Shown here: positions 38,426 to 47,796 of the stretch, in pieces
Layout: every line of letters begins with the position of its first letter
Position numbering within the stretch: position 1 is the first letter of the stretch
DNA from: an uncultured Rhodospirillaceae bacterium
GTDB taxonomy: Bacteria; Pseudomonadota; Alphaproteobacteria; Rhodospirillales; UBA2165
NCBI GenBank assembly: GCA_964566055.1
Contig: CAZMHI010000009.1
Coordinates: 19,447 to 83,446 of the forward strand
Direction of reading: 5' to 3'
DNA length: 64,000 bases
Notes under the pieces: generated by a model
Database searches by the model: none
What the model saw: only the letters and a program-made list of their open reading frames with translations
What the model was told of the DNA's origin: nothing
Made by a program: the position numbers and the translations under genes

Positions 38426-39046
38426 ATGGGTCTTACTGTGATTGGGGCCGGTTTCGGCCGCACCGGAACGGAATCGATGAAAACCGCCTTGGAAATGCTG
38501 GGGCTCGGTCCCTGTCAGCATATGAAAGTCCTGCTGGCGGATCCAAAGCAGGAAGCCTATTGGCGCCAAGTCCTCAAAGATGAGCAGCAGGGCAATCTAC
38601 CGGATTGGGATGAGGCCTATGCCGGCTATAATTCCGGTGTTGATTGGCCGACCGCCTATTATTGGCGCGAACTTGCTGACTTTTATCCGGAGGCAAAAAT
38701 CCTGCTGACCGTCCGGGATGCCGAGGCTTGGTACAAAAGTATCGCCAACACCATTTTAAAAGTTGTCCAGAAACTGTCAGATCCGGACTCCATCGGCCTC
38801 AAAATGATCAATGAAGGGGTCTTCCATAACCGTCTCGAAGACCGCGATTACACCATCGCGCTTTATGAAAAACATAACGCCGAGGTGCGAGCTGCCTTTC
38901 CGCCGGAGCGATTATTAGAGTATAATCTGGGTGATGGCTGGGAGCCGCTCTGTGAGTTCCTGGAGATACCGGTGCCGGATGAGCCCTACCCGCAAAGCAA
39001 TGCCGGTGATGAGTTTCATGAGTTTTTTGACAAACGAGTTAGTTAA
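38426..39046 (+). CDS. Sulfotransferase-family P-loop protein (Sulfotransfer_4-like)
   Basis: VIGAGFGRTGTESMK.ALE.LG, DWP, AKILLTVRD..W..S, GDGWEPLCEFL; GGAGG RBS. Confidence 0.88.
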   Translation: MGLTVIGAGFGRTGTESMKTALEMLGLGPCQHMKVLLADPKQEAYWRQVLKDEQQGNLPDWDEAYAGYNSGVDWPTAYYWRELADFYPEAKILLTVRDAEAWYKSIANTILKVVQKLSDPDSIGLKMINEGVFHNRLEDRDYTIALYEKHNAEVRAAFPPERLLEYNLGDGWEPLCEFLEIPVPDEPYPQSNAGDEFHEFFDKRVS

Positions 39047-39058
39047 TGGAGCACAGTT

Positions 39059-40324
39059 TTGAGTAATTACCCGCGCAATGAGCCGGAACGGCTGACTGTG
39101 GAAAACCAGCCGAGCAGTGAAGGTAAATATAGCGAGATTGGTGAATTGCACCGCGATGACGATGAATTTTGCGGTTTTGAAATTCTCGATAATTTTGAGC
39201 GCTTTAATCAAACCAACGATATCTATACGCGCGGCCAATGGGATGAACGCATCAGATCGGAAAAAGTTCTCAATTGGTTCAAGGGCATGTTCCGGCCCGG
39301 CATCGGCGTTAAAAAAAGCGAAGGCTATCAGGCCCGAGATTTTGCCATGAAGAACGCCGGCTGGATGGCTACCAATCTTATCATCGAACGCAATCTCAAA
39401 GGTGACCGGGTTGATGGCTTCCTGGATTACATTCAGGAATTCTGCCCGCCTCATACCGAAAAAATGGAAATCGAGTCAGTCGAACAAATGACCGCCGAGG
39501 TTAAACATGCCTGTCTGACATTCGGCGCCAGCGATGCCGGTATCACGGCTTACGATCCGCGCTGGCATTACACCAAGAATTTCTCGACCAAAACCCTGTC
39601 GGAAAAGGAATATGGCATTCCGGAAGATTTGCCGAACGTGATCGTGGTGCTGACCGAAATGGACCATGAGGTCATTCGCACCTACCCCTCGGCAACCGCA
39701 GGTGTCACCGTCGGCAATGGCTATTCCCATGATTGCGCCATGACGCTCTCGATCGCCACCTATATTCAGAACATGGGCTACCGCGCGGTGGCGACTGTAA
39801 ACGACACCTCTCAATGTATTCCCTATGCCATCCAGGCCGGGCTCGGTGAATACGGGCGCAATGGTATGCTGATCCATCCGAAGTTTGGCCCACGCATGAG
39901 GATTGGCCGCATTCATACTGATTTGCCGCTCAATCACGATAAGCCGATACGGTTTGGCGTGCGTGAATTCTGCGAGGTTTGCCGCCGCTGCTCTGATGGC
40001 TGTCCGCCGAGCGCGATCCCGGACGGCCCACCTCAGGACGAGATCATCAATCAGTCAAACATTGTCGGTATTAAAAAGTGGACCGTCGATGCGGAGAAGT
40101 GTTTCAAATTCTGGGTCAACCAGGGCACCGAATGCGGCGTTTGCATGCGGGATTGTCCCTATAATAAAGACACCTCCAGCTGGCTCGTTCAGAAGTACCA
40201 TCAGATGTGGCTAAAGCTGGCGGCCTCGCCGTTCAAAAAGCTCGCCTTGTGGCTGGATATCAAGCTTGGCTTCGGTGGCCGCTTGCGCCCCAATGACTAT
40301 TGGTCAAAGATACTGAAAAAGTAA
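39059..40324 (+). CDS. Reductive dehalogenase (RdhA family), no TAT signal
   Basis: FGASDAGI, AIQAGLGEYGRNGMLIHPKFGPRMRIGRIHTDLPL, FCEVCRRCSDGCP, Cx10CGVCMRDCPY. Confidence 0.88.
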   Translation: MSNYPRNEPERLTVENQPSSEGKYSEIGELHRDDDEFCGFEILDNFERFNQTNDIYTRGQWDERIRSEKVLNWFKGMFRPGIGVKKSEGYQARDFAMKNAGWMATNLIIERNLKGDRVDGFLDYIQEFCPPHTEKMEIESVEQMTAEVKHACLTFGASDAGITAYDPRWHYTKNFSTKTLSEKEYGIPEDLPNVIVVLTEMDHEVIRTYPSATAGVTVGNGYSHDCAMTLSIATYIQNMGYRAVATVNDTSQCIPYAIQAGLGEYGRNGMLIHPKFGPRMRIGRIHTDLPLNHDKPIRFGVREFCEVCRRCSDGCPPSAIPDGPPQDEIINQSNIVGIKKWTVDAEKCFKFWVNQGTECGVCMRDCPYNKDTSSWLVQKYHQMWLKLAASPFKKLALWLDIKLGFGGRLRPNDYWSKILKK

Positions 40325-40344
40325 ATACTAGTTAGCGGGGGATC

Positions 40345-41877
40345 ATGGATAAGCGCACATTCGGCCAGGTTCTGAACGCCAATATGACTCACCATGGCAA
40401 TCGAATTGCGATTATCGATGGGGCTGCCAGCTGGACTTACGCTGAATTTGGCGCCCGCGTTTTCAAGCTGGCGAACATTCTGGACGAGCTTGGTTTGAAA
40501 CGGGGTGACCGCTTTGCCATTCAGGCCAAGAACGGCCGGGCTTTTGAAGAATTACGCTGGGCCGGATATGTCAGTGGTATCGTGCCAGTAGCGATCAACT
40601 GGCGGCTGGCCCCGCCTGAGATTAAGCATGTGCTCGAAGATTCCAGCTCGAAAATCATTTTTATCGATGAAGAATTTGTCGCCGTCTATGACAGTGCTGA
40701 GTTAGACCAATGGCAGGCCGGGCTGCAGCCCATCGGCCCTGGTTTAGAAGCGCAAATTGAGCAGGCATCAACGGCTGAAACCAATCCCGGCGTCAGCCCC
40801 GATGATGACGCCCTGTTGCTGTATACCGGCGGCACCACCGGGCGCAGCAAAGGTGTGCGGCTGAGCCATTGGAATATTATTTCCTGCGGCCTGGCTTTCG
40901 GTCTCGGCGTCGGTGCCCGGCCGGATGGGGTTTTTCTCCATGTCGCGCCGATGTTTCACTCAGCTGATTTACTCTCAACCGGGTGGTTTTTGACCGCTGG
41001 CGCGCATTGTTATATGCCGGCTTTTTCCCCCGCCGGTTTTCTGGAGATTGTCCAGGATAGCAAAGTCAGCGCCACGGTGACCGTACCGGCCATGCTGATG
41101 GCCATCGTGAGTGGAGCCGGTGGTGCCAACGTCACGGATTTTAATTTGTCATCGCTCAAAACGCTTATTTTTGGTGCCTCACCGATGTCCTTTGAATGGA
41201 CCGAGCGTGTCGCCAAGGCCTTCCCCGATGCCGGTTTCCTCAACTGCTATGGGCTCACCGAAACCTCACCGGACTTAACGATTTTTAACGCGGCTGAGTT
41301 CCGGGCCGCCATTGAAAGCGGCGAGCGCGACGGTATTGTCAACTCGGTCGGCAAACCCAACATGCTGGTGGATTTGCGCGTGGTCGGCAGCGATGGTCAG
41401 GATGTCGCCCCGGGCGAAGTCGGCGAGCTGTGGGCACGCGGGCCGAACATCATGCAGGGCTATCTCAATTTGCCCGAAGAAACCGCAGCCGCCCTCACCG
41501 ATGGCTGGCTGCATACCGGTGATATGGCGCGCATCGATGAGCAGGGCTTTGTCTATCTTTTGGACCGGCTGAAGGATTTGGTCATCACCGGCGGCGAAAA
41601 TGTTTATTCATCAGAGGTCGAAGCTGCCTTGCACCGCCATCCTGCTGTCAGCGAGGCCGCCATTATCGGTATCCCCGATGAAAAACTCGGCGAAGCCCTG
41701 TTTGCCGTCATTGTCTTACGCCCCGAAGAAGAGGTCAGCGACGAAGACCTCATTGCTCACTGCCGGGATTTGATCGGCGGCTACAAAATCCCCCGCCAAT
41801 ACGCCTTCGTCGAGGCCCTCCCCAAAAGCGCTTTGGGTAAAGTTCTCAAAGCGGAGTTGAGGGCGGCGTACGGTTAG
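40345..41877 (+). CDS. Acyl/aryl-CoA ligase (AMP-binding, long-chain-fatty-acid-CoA ligase-like)
   Basis: YTGGTTGRSKG, YGLTE, GWLHTGD, DRLKD..GGENVY, PKSALGK. Confidence 0.93.
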   Translation: MDKRTFGQVLNANMTHHGNRIAIIDGAASWTYAEFGARVFKLANILDELGLKRGDRFAIQAKNGRAFEELRWAGYVSGIVPVAINWRLAPPEIKHVLEDSSSKIIFIDEEFVAVYDSAELDQWQAGLQPIGPGLEAQIEQASTAETNPGVSPDDDALLLYTGGTTGRSKGVRLSHWNIISCGLAFGLGVGARPDGVFLHVAPMFHSADLLSTGWFLTAGAHCYMPAFSPAGFLEIVQDSKVSATVTVPAMLMAIVSGAGGANVTDFNLSSLKTLIFGASPMSFEWTERVAKAFPDAGFLNCYGLTETSPDLTIFNAAEFRAAIESGERDGIVNSVGKPNMLVDLRVVGSDGQDVAPGEVGELWARGPNIMQGYLNLPEETAAALTDGWLHTGDMARIDEQGFVYLLDRLKDLVITGGENVYSSEVEAALHRHPAVSEAAIIGIPDEKLGEALFAVIVLRPEEEVSDEDLIAHCRDLIGGYKIPRQYAFVEALPKSALGKVLKAELRAAYG

Positions 41878-41913
41878 GCTATTCCGTCTACCCATCTCTG
41901 GCTATACTGACTT

Positions 41914-43044
41914 ATGCCTCCCGCCTCCGACATATCCCGGCGTGCGTTTTTAGCTGGCAGCGCATGCTTGGCTCTGACCAGCTGCGTAACCACCGCCAAT
42001 CGTGATCCAGCCGTTATCGGCACGGCCCCTCTGAAAGACCGGGCGGCGAAGAAAGGCCTGCTCTATGGCGCTGAAGTCGTGCCCCGCCTTTTGACCAATC
42101 CGGATTACGCCGCCCTGCTGATCCGGGATGCTGGGATATTGGTGCCGGGCAACGCCCTTAAATGGGGACCGCTGGAGCGCCGGCGGCATCGAACCCGATT
42201 TGACGCTGCCGATGCGGTAGCTGATTTTGCCGCCACGCACGGCATGGCGATGCGGGGCCATACGCTGTTGTGGCACAACCAGATTCCGCGCTGGCTTCCG
42301 GGCGCCCTAAAAGGCAGCAAAAGCAGCGCCGCCAAAGTCATTACTGACCACATCGAAACTGTCGCCGGACATTATCGCGGACGCATGTATAGCTGGGATG
42401 TCATCAACGAAGCAATCGAGCCCAATCATGGACGCAGTGATGGACTTAGAAAAAGTCTCTTTTTCGATGCTCTTGGTCCCGACTATATTGAGATCGCTTT
42501 CCGCGCCGCCGCTGCTGCCGACCCCAAGGCCAAACTGGTTTTTAACGAATACGGACATGAATGGGGCTGGGATGTCGGCTGGCAGCGCCGCCGGCATACG
42601 CTGAGATTGCTAGAAAATCTGCTTAAAAAAGGCGTGCCGGTCCACACCCTTGGCATCCAGGGCCATCTTGACCCGGGTGTTGAAGGTGCGATGGACATGA
42701 ACGCGCTTGGCGGTTTTTTAGATGAAGTGGCGGATTTGGGCCTCAACATTGAGGTCACCGAACTTGATGCCCGCGACACCTCGATCAATGGCAGTATCAT
42801 TGCCCGCGACAACAGTGTGGCGGACGCCTATGCGCGTTTTTTAGACGTTGTTTTGGCCCGCCCCGCCACCAAAACAGTACTGACCTGGGGCATCACGGAT
42901 CGTTATTCCTGGCTGACCCGTCACTTTCCTCGCTCCGATGGCGACCGGGTGCGGGGGCTCCCCTACAGCGCAGACTATAAACGCAAACCCGCCTGGTACG
43001 CGCTGGCGGCCGCTTTTGATGCCGCACCGGGAAGGGCGGGATAA
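41914..43044 (+). CDS. GH10 glycoside hydrolase (endo-1,4-beta-xylanase-like), Tat-exported lipoprotein
   Basis: SRRAFL, LTSC lipobox, RGHTLLWH, WDVINE, GIQGH, VTELD. Confidence 0.9.
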   Translation: MPPASDISRRAFLAGSACLALTSCVTTANRDPAVIGTAPLKDRAAKKGLLYGAEVVPRLLTNPDYAALLIRDAGILVPGNALKWGPLERRRHRTRFDAADAVADFAATHGMAMRGHTLLWHNQIPRWLPGALKGSKSSAAKVITDHIETVAGHYRGRMYSWDVINEAIEPNHGRSDGLRKSLFFDALGPDYIEIAFRAAAAADPKAKLVFNEYGHEWGWDVGWQRRRHTLRLLENLLKKGVPVHTLGIQGHLDPGVEGAMDMNALGGFLDEVADLGLNIEVTELDARDTSINGSIIARDNSVADAYARFLDVVLARPATKTVLTWGITDRYSWLTRHFPRSDGDRVRGLPYSADYKRKPAWYALAAAFDAAPGRAG

Positions 43045-43065
43045 AGCTCTGGCCATGGCAAAGGC

Positions 43066-43166
43066 TGGTGACCCCGAGAGGATTGGCTACGCTGCGCTCC
43101 GCCGCGTCTGCGTCGCCGGACTGTGTGTCCGTCTCCTGGGCGTCGAACGGGTGCGAACCTCACTGA
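43066..43166 (-). repeat. Duplicate of the tRNA-Arg 3' end with the T-arm split by a 69-nt insert
   Basis: TGGTGACCCCGAGAGGATT at 43066-43084 is identical to 43212-43230; CGAACCTCACTGA at 43154-43166 resembles CGAACCTCTGA at 43231-43241. Confidence 0.8.
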
Positions 43167-43173
43167 GGCGCCC

Positions 43174-43211
43174 AATTGCAAAAAACCCACTTGAAGGTGG
43201 GTTTTTGTAAT
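43174..43211 (-). terminator. Intrinsic terminator directly after tRNA-Arg (possibly bidirectional)
   Basis: AAAAACCCAC-TTGAAG-GTGGGTTTTT inverted repeat with T-runs on both strands. Confidence 0.85.
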
Positions 43212-43288
43212 TGGTGACCCCGAGAGGATTCGAACCTCTGACCTACAGATTAGGAATCTGTCGCTCTATCCGACTGAGCTACGGGGCC
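43212..43288 (-). tRNA. tRNA-Arg (anticodon CCT)
   Basis: GGCCCCGTAGCTCAGTCGGATAGAGCGACAGATTCCTAATCTGTAGGTCAGAGGTTCGAATCCTCTCGGGGTCACCA; 77-nt cloverleaf with encoded CCA. Confidence 0.97.
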
Positions 43289-43350
43289 GTGCGATAATTC
43301 TAAGTGAAGGGAGGCCCGGCGTCATTAGCCAATTCAGGCGGGCCGGAAAC

Positions 43351-43872
43351 TTACTGCAGCGGCAGGGAGTAATAGATCGTGGCTGTTTCGGTGCCGGGAT
43401 TTTTATCACCCAGGCTGGCGTTGGAATAATGCGAGATGGCCAGGCCCAGCCTTGCCCTATTGTCAAACCGGTAGGCAATTTCCAGCTGCGACCTGAACTC
43501 AACCTTATGACCAAGATCGAGCTTTGAGTTGCCGCCCCAGTAATAATGCGGGGCAAAAGACGGGGTCATAACAAAGCGGCGGCCCAAAAACAGATCGATC
43601 AGCACACCGGCGCCGACAAAACCCTGCTGGGTGCTGGTATAAGCACCGGCGGCAAAGGGCTTAAAAATGCCGAATTTTTTATCCGAGCGGTATTCAATAC
43701 GAAACTCCGCCCCTTTTTCTTTTTTGCGGTTAAAATCGTAAAAGCCCGCACCAAAAGACAAAAACGCCGGATCATCTTTCTTGGCATCCTGCGCCCACAC
43801 GGGTGCCAGCGGCATTACAGCCAATGCCACCAACAAACTGATAAATATTTTAAACAATGTAAGCGTTTTCAC
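43351..43872 (-). CDS. Lipid A 3-O-deacylase (PagL)-like outer-membrane beta-barrel
   Basis: Signal peptide; EFRSQLEIAYRF, SHYSNASLGDKNPG. Confidence 0.85.
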   Translation of the reverse strand: MKTLTLFKIFISLLVALAVMPLAPVWAQDAKKDDPAFLSFGAGFYDFNRKKEKGAEFRIEYRSDKKFGIFKPFAAGAYTSTQQGFVGAGVLIDLFLGRRFVMTPSFAPHYYWGGNSKLDLGHKVEFRSQLEIAYRFDNRARLGLAISHYSNASLGDKNPGTETATIYYSLPLQ

Positions 43873-43971
43873 GGCTGTATCTCACCCAGCTCAATTAAGT
43901 CCTGAATTTGGGGCATCTTACGGCTGATTGGGCCAATTGCAAGAAAATAGCGCGTGATCTGAATGGTTTAG

Positions 43972-44937
43972 CTAATTTTGGCTCATTTTAAAGCGCTCGG
44001 TGGCAGCGACCAAAGCAGAGCGCACCGCCGGTTCCATCGCCGAATGACCGGCATCCGGCACCACCACATAGCTCAATTCCGGCAATTCCTGGGCCAGCGC
44101 ATCAGCTGTGCCGATGGGGCAGACCATATCGTAGCGGCCTTGCACAATGGTGCCGGGCAAATGGCGAATACGCTCTAGATTGTCAAAGAAATAGTTTTCC
44201 GGCAAATAGAGGTCGTTGACAAAATAATGCGCCTCAATGCGGGCCAGAGCGAGCGAAACCCGGCCGGAATCCATACCGGAGACGCTTCGCGGCGAAGGCA
44301 ATAGCGTCGAGCAAGTCCCTTCAAAGCGCGCCCAGACCCGAGCCGCCGGCTCATGAATTTGGCGATCTGGATCGGTTAGCCGTTTGTGGTAGGCATTAAG
44401 TAAATCTGCCCGCTCATCGACTGGTAAAAATTCATTAAATTCCCGCCAGTTTTCAGGAAACACCGCCTTAATGCCATCCAGGAACCAATCGAGCTCCTTT
44501 TGACTGCAGAGAAAAATCCCCCGCAGGATAAAACCTAATACCCGCTCACTATGTTCGATGCCATACGCGAGCGCCAGAGATGATCCCCAGGAGCCGCCAA
44601 AGACCAGCCATTTATTTATATTCAAGTGTTCCCGCAGAACTTCCATATCGCTGAGCAAATGCTGGGTGGTGTTATCCGTGACATCGGCAAAGGGCTTGGA
44701 GCGCCCGCTGCCTCGCTGATCGAATATCACAATGCGGTAATGTTCGGGATCGAAAAACCGCCGGTGCGAGGGTGCGGCGCCCGCCCCCGGGCCGCCATGC
44801 AGAAAAACCACCGGCACACCATCCGGATTGCCCGAGACCTCCCAGTACATTTTGTGGTGGCCATCAAGATCGAGCATGCCTTTTTCATAGGCTTCAATAT
44901 CGGGATAAAGCTGATATGTTGTCGAGGATACATCCAT
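43972..44937 (-). CDS. pip: Prolyl aminopeptidase
   Basis: LHGGPG, FDQRGSGRS, FGGSWGS, LRGIF, QGRYD, AGHS; start uncertain. Confidence 0.93.
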   Translation of the reverse strand: MDVSSTTYQLYPDIEAYEKGMLDLDGHHKMYWEVSGNPDGVPVVFLHGGPGAGAAPSHRRFFDPEHYRIVIFDQRGSGRSKPFADVTDNTTQHLLSDMEVLREHLNINKWLVFGGSWGSSLALAYGIEHSERVLGFILRGIFLCSQKELDWFLDGIKAVFPENWREFNEFLPVDERADLLNAYHKRLTDPDRQIHEPAARVWARFEGTCSTLLPSPRSVSGMDSGRVSLALARIEAHYFVNDLYLPENYFFDNLERIRHLPGTIVQGRYDMVCPIGTADALAQELPELSYVVVPDAGHSAMEPAVRSALVAATERFKMSQN

Positions 44938-45006
44938 AATTATAGGTCTAGGCGGTTGCGCGTATTCTGTCAAAAAATAGCTCACTCGAAAGCCGGTAAC
45001 TTTATT

Positions 45007-45819
45007 GTGCTTATTGGCGCGGTGATCGCCTTGGTGCTGCTGTTTGCACCCATTGCCCAGGCCAAAGAGATCAAGCTGGCTAAAGGCGAGAGCGCCAAAG
45101 TCGTTGTCGTTGTTGATGGTGATACGGTGAAACTCAGCCGCGCTATCGGCAAAGGTAATCTGGTTTCAGATGAAGTCAGGCTGGTTGGTATCCAGGCCCC
45201 GAAACTGCCACTCGGCCGCAAAAACTTTAAATCCTGGCCCCTGGCTGGAGCAGCAAAGCGGGCGCTCGAAAAGCTGTCCCTCGGGAAAAAAGTGACGCTA
45301 TCCTATGGCGGGCGGCGGATGGACCGTCACGGGAGGTTGCTGGCTCATCTGCATTTAGCCGACGGCGCCTGGCTGCAAGGGGCACTGCTGGCGCAAGGCA
45401 TGGCGCGGGTTTATTCCTTCCCCGATAACCGGGCGGTGATTACTGAAATGCTGGCCAAGGAGAAATCTGCCCGAGCCCAGAACCTCGGTATCTGGCGGCA
45501 CCCTTTTTACCGTATCCAGGAGCAAGCGGAATTGGTCGCTGACCTCAAGCAGCTTAAAAACTCCTTCCAGCTGATCGAAGGCCGCGTGCATGATGTCACC
45601 CAAGTACGCAAGAAAGTTTTCATTAATTTCGGCGTCAATTGGCGGACAGATTTTACCGTCTCGCTCAACGCGCGGGCAGCAAAATTATTTGCCCGGGCAG
45701 GCTTTGATCCTCTATTGTTAAAAGGCCGGCGCGTCCGGGTGCGGGGCTGGATCAAGTCGTATAATGGCCCAATGATAAACGCCACGCACCCTGAGCAAAT
45801 TGAGATGTTGGATAAATGA
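45007..45819 (+). CDS. Secreted thermonuclease (SNase)-family protein
   Basis: VVDGDT, VRLVGIQAP, DRHGRLLAH, E..AR..GIW; start uncertain. Confidence 0.85.
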   Translation: MLIGAVIALVLLFAPIAQAKEIKLAKGESAKVVVVVDGDTVKLSRAIGKGNLVSDEVRLVGIQAPKLPLGRKNFKSWPLAGAAKRALEKLSLGKKVTLSYGGRRMDRHGRLLAHLHLADGAWLQGALLAQGMARVYSFPDNRAVITEMLAKEKSARAQNLGIWRHPFYRIQEQAELVADLKQLKNSFQLIEGRVHDVTQVRKKVFINFGVNWRTDFTVSLNARAAKLFARAGFDPLLLKGRRVRVRGWIKSYNGPMINATHPEQIEMLDK

Positions 45820-47300
45820 GTATGGGTAAGATTAAGAATTTAATTGGTGTCCTACTGGTCTTGCTGGCAACAGCCGGGCTCAGTGGCTGTTCGGTCAACC
45901 CGGCAACCGGCGATCAAAACTTCACTGGTTTTATGTCGCTTGAAGATGAGCAGCGTATCGGTGCTGCGGAACATCCGAAAATTCTTAAAACTTTCGGCGG
46001 CGCTTATAAGGATCAGGCCGTGATCAGCTACGTTAATAATATTGGCAATCAGCTGGCGGCTAAGTCCGAGCTGCCGAACATCAAGTGGACTTTTACGGTG
46101 CTCAACTCGCCGCAGATTAACGCCTTTGCGCTCCCCGGCGGCTACGTCTATGTCACCCGCGGTCTGATGGCATTGGCCAGCAGTGAGGCCGAATTGGCTG
46201 GTGTGATGGCGCATGAGATCGGTCATGTTACCGGCCGCCATTCAGCGCAACGCTACAGCCAGGCCACCGGCGCATCGGTATTGGGCGCCATTCTCGGCAT
46301 TGCCGTCGGCTCCAGCGCGGTCAGTGAGTTATTTAATGTCGGCGCCGGCCTTTATCTGAAATCCTTCTCCCGGGAGCAGGAATTTGAGGCTGACACCTTG
46401 GGTGTGCGCTATTTGGCGCGGAGTAACTATGACACCAAATCGATGGCGAGCTTTTTGGCCAAGCTGCGCTCGCACAGCCAATTGGAAGCCAAGCGCCACG
46501 AAAAAGACCCGTCCAGTGTCGATCAGGGCGATATGTTTGCGACCCACCCCCGCACCATCGACCGGGTCCAGCGCGCCATTAAAAACGCCAAGGTGGCAAA
46601 ATCCGGCAGCCGGCTCGGCACCGTCGATTATATGGAGCGCCTGCATAAAATGCTCTATGGCGATGATCCCAAGGAAGGCTTTATCAAAGGCCGCATTTTC
46701 ATTCATCCTGAATTGCAATTTCGTTTTGAGGTGCCGGAGGGCTTTCGCTTGTTTAACAGCCCCCGGGCTGTGGTCGCTAAAGGACCGGGCGGCTCGATCA
46801 TTCAGTTTGATATGGCGGGCAAGGCCTATAACGGCGCCATGACCTCTTATATCCCCAACGTTTGGGCCAGGCGGGGCAGTTTCCAGCGCGTCGAGCGGCT
46901 GAACGTTAACGGCCTGGAGGGAGCAACGGCGACCATGAGAACACGGCAACGGAGCGGCACCTTCGATCTTCGCTTTGTCGCCATTCGCCAACGCATGAAC
47001 AGAGGTGACGACCGTATCTACCGCTTTATGTTTTTAACGCCGGTGAATTTAACCGAGCGCCTGTCGCTGGGTTTGCGCCGGACGACATTTAGTCTGCGCT
47101 CCATATCTTTCGGTGAGGCACAAAAATTCAGACCCTCCCGGATTTTGGTCAAACCGGTCAAGGCCAATGATGGGGTTCAGACTTTCGTCCGCCAGATGAG
47201 TATTGCGGATTTTAAAGAAGAGACTTTCCGGGTGATCAATGGCTTGAGCGCTAATGACGGCTTGCGCCGTGGCAAACTGGTCAAAATCATCTCGGAATAG
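45816..47300 (+). CDS. M48-family metalloprotease lipoprotein
   Basis: LSGC lipobox, NAFALPGG, HEIGH, SREQEFEAD, THP. Confidence 0.92.
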   Translation: MSMGKIKNLIGVLLVLLATAGLSGCSVNPATGDQNFTGFMSLEDEQRIGAAEHPKILKTFGGAYKDQAVISYVNNIGNQLAAKSELPNIKWTFTVLNSPQINAFALPGGYVYVTRGLMALASSEAELAGVMAHEIGHVTGRHSAQRYSQATGASVLGAILGIAVGSSAVSELFNVGAGLYLKSFSREQEFEADTLGVRYLARSNYDTKSMASFLAKLRSHSQLEAKRHEKDPSSVDQGDMFATHPRTIDRVQRAIKNAKVAKSGSRLGTVDYMERLHKMLYGDDPKEGFIKGRIFIHPELQFRFEVPEGFRLFNSPRAVVAKGPGGSIIQFDMAGKAYNGAMTSYIPNVWARRGSFQRVERLNVNGLEGATATMRTRQRSGTFDLRFVAIRQRMNRGDDRIYRFMFLTPVNLTERLSLGLRRTTFSLRSISFGEAQKFRPSRILVKPVKANDGVQTFVRQMSIADFKEETFRVINGLSANDGLRRGKLVKIISE

Positions 47301-47306
47301 AAAAAA

Positions 47307-47783
47307 TTAACTTTTGAGGCTGCCGAACAGCTCGGTCAAAAACCCGATCGAGAGTTCATAAATCCCGGGCGAGATGCTTTCACGCCCGCCGGCGACATTG
47401 AGGATTTTAACTTCGTCCCGGACGATCCAATCCCGGACATCACTGACATGACCTTTGCCCTGAAAATCAAAAATCAGGCAGGATTTGCCAAGTTTTTGGG
47501 CAAGCTCGACGGTCAGCATGGAACCCTCATCGAGCCCCTCATCGGCCAGCACCAGGGTGCCGTCGCTATCCGAGACGTTCAGCGAGGTGCGCTCCGCCGG
47601 GTCCGGGCTTTCAGTTTCCTTGAGCGGATAGAGATCGGCAATCTCGCCATCTTCCGCCCAGCGCCCCAAGGGGCACCAGCCGCCGCATTCAATACCCAGC
47701 CTAAGCGCCGCATCAAGGGCCGCCCGATCAACTCCGGTCTGGCCGCCGGAGATAATTTTATCGATGACGTAAGAATCAGACAT
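47307..47783 (-). CDS. Putative molybdenum-carrier / YpsA-like SLOG family protein
   Basis: KIISGGQTGVDRAALD, GGWCPLGRWAEDG, RT..NV.DSDGTL, LNVAG. Confidence 0.85.
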   Translation of the reverse strand: MSDSYVIDKIISGGQTGVDRAALDAALRLGIECGGWCPLGRWAEDGEIADLYPLKETESPDPAERTSLNVSDSDGTLVLADEGLDEGSMLTVELAQKLGKSCLIFDFQGKGHVSDVRDWIVRDEVKILNVAGGRESISPGIYELSIGFLTELFGSLKS

Positions 47784-47796
47784 ACAGGATACTATC

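Noticed and set aside
43066-43288. Intact prophage or ICE integrated at tRNA-Arg
   Set aside because: The direct repeats are only 146 bp apart, and no integrase, phage or conjugation genes occur in the window.
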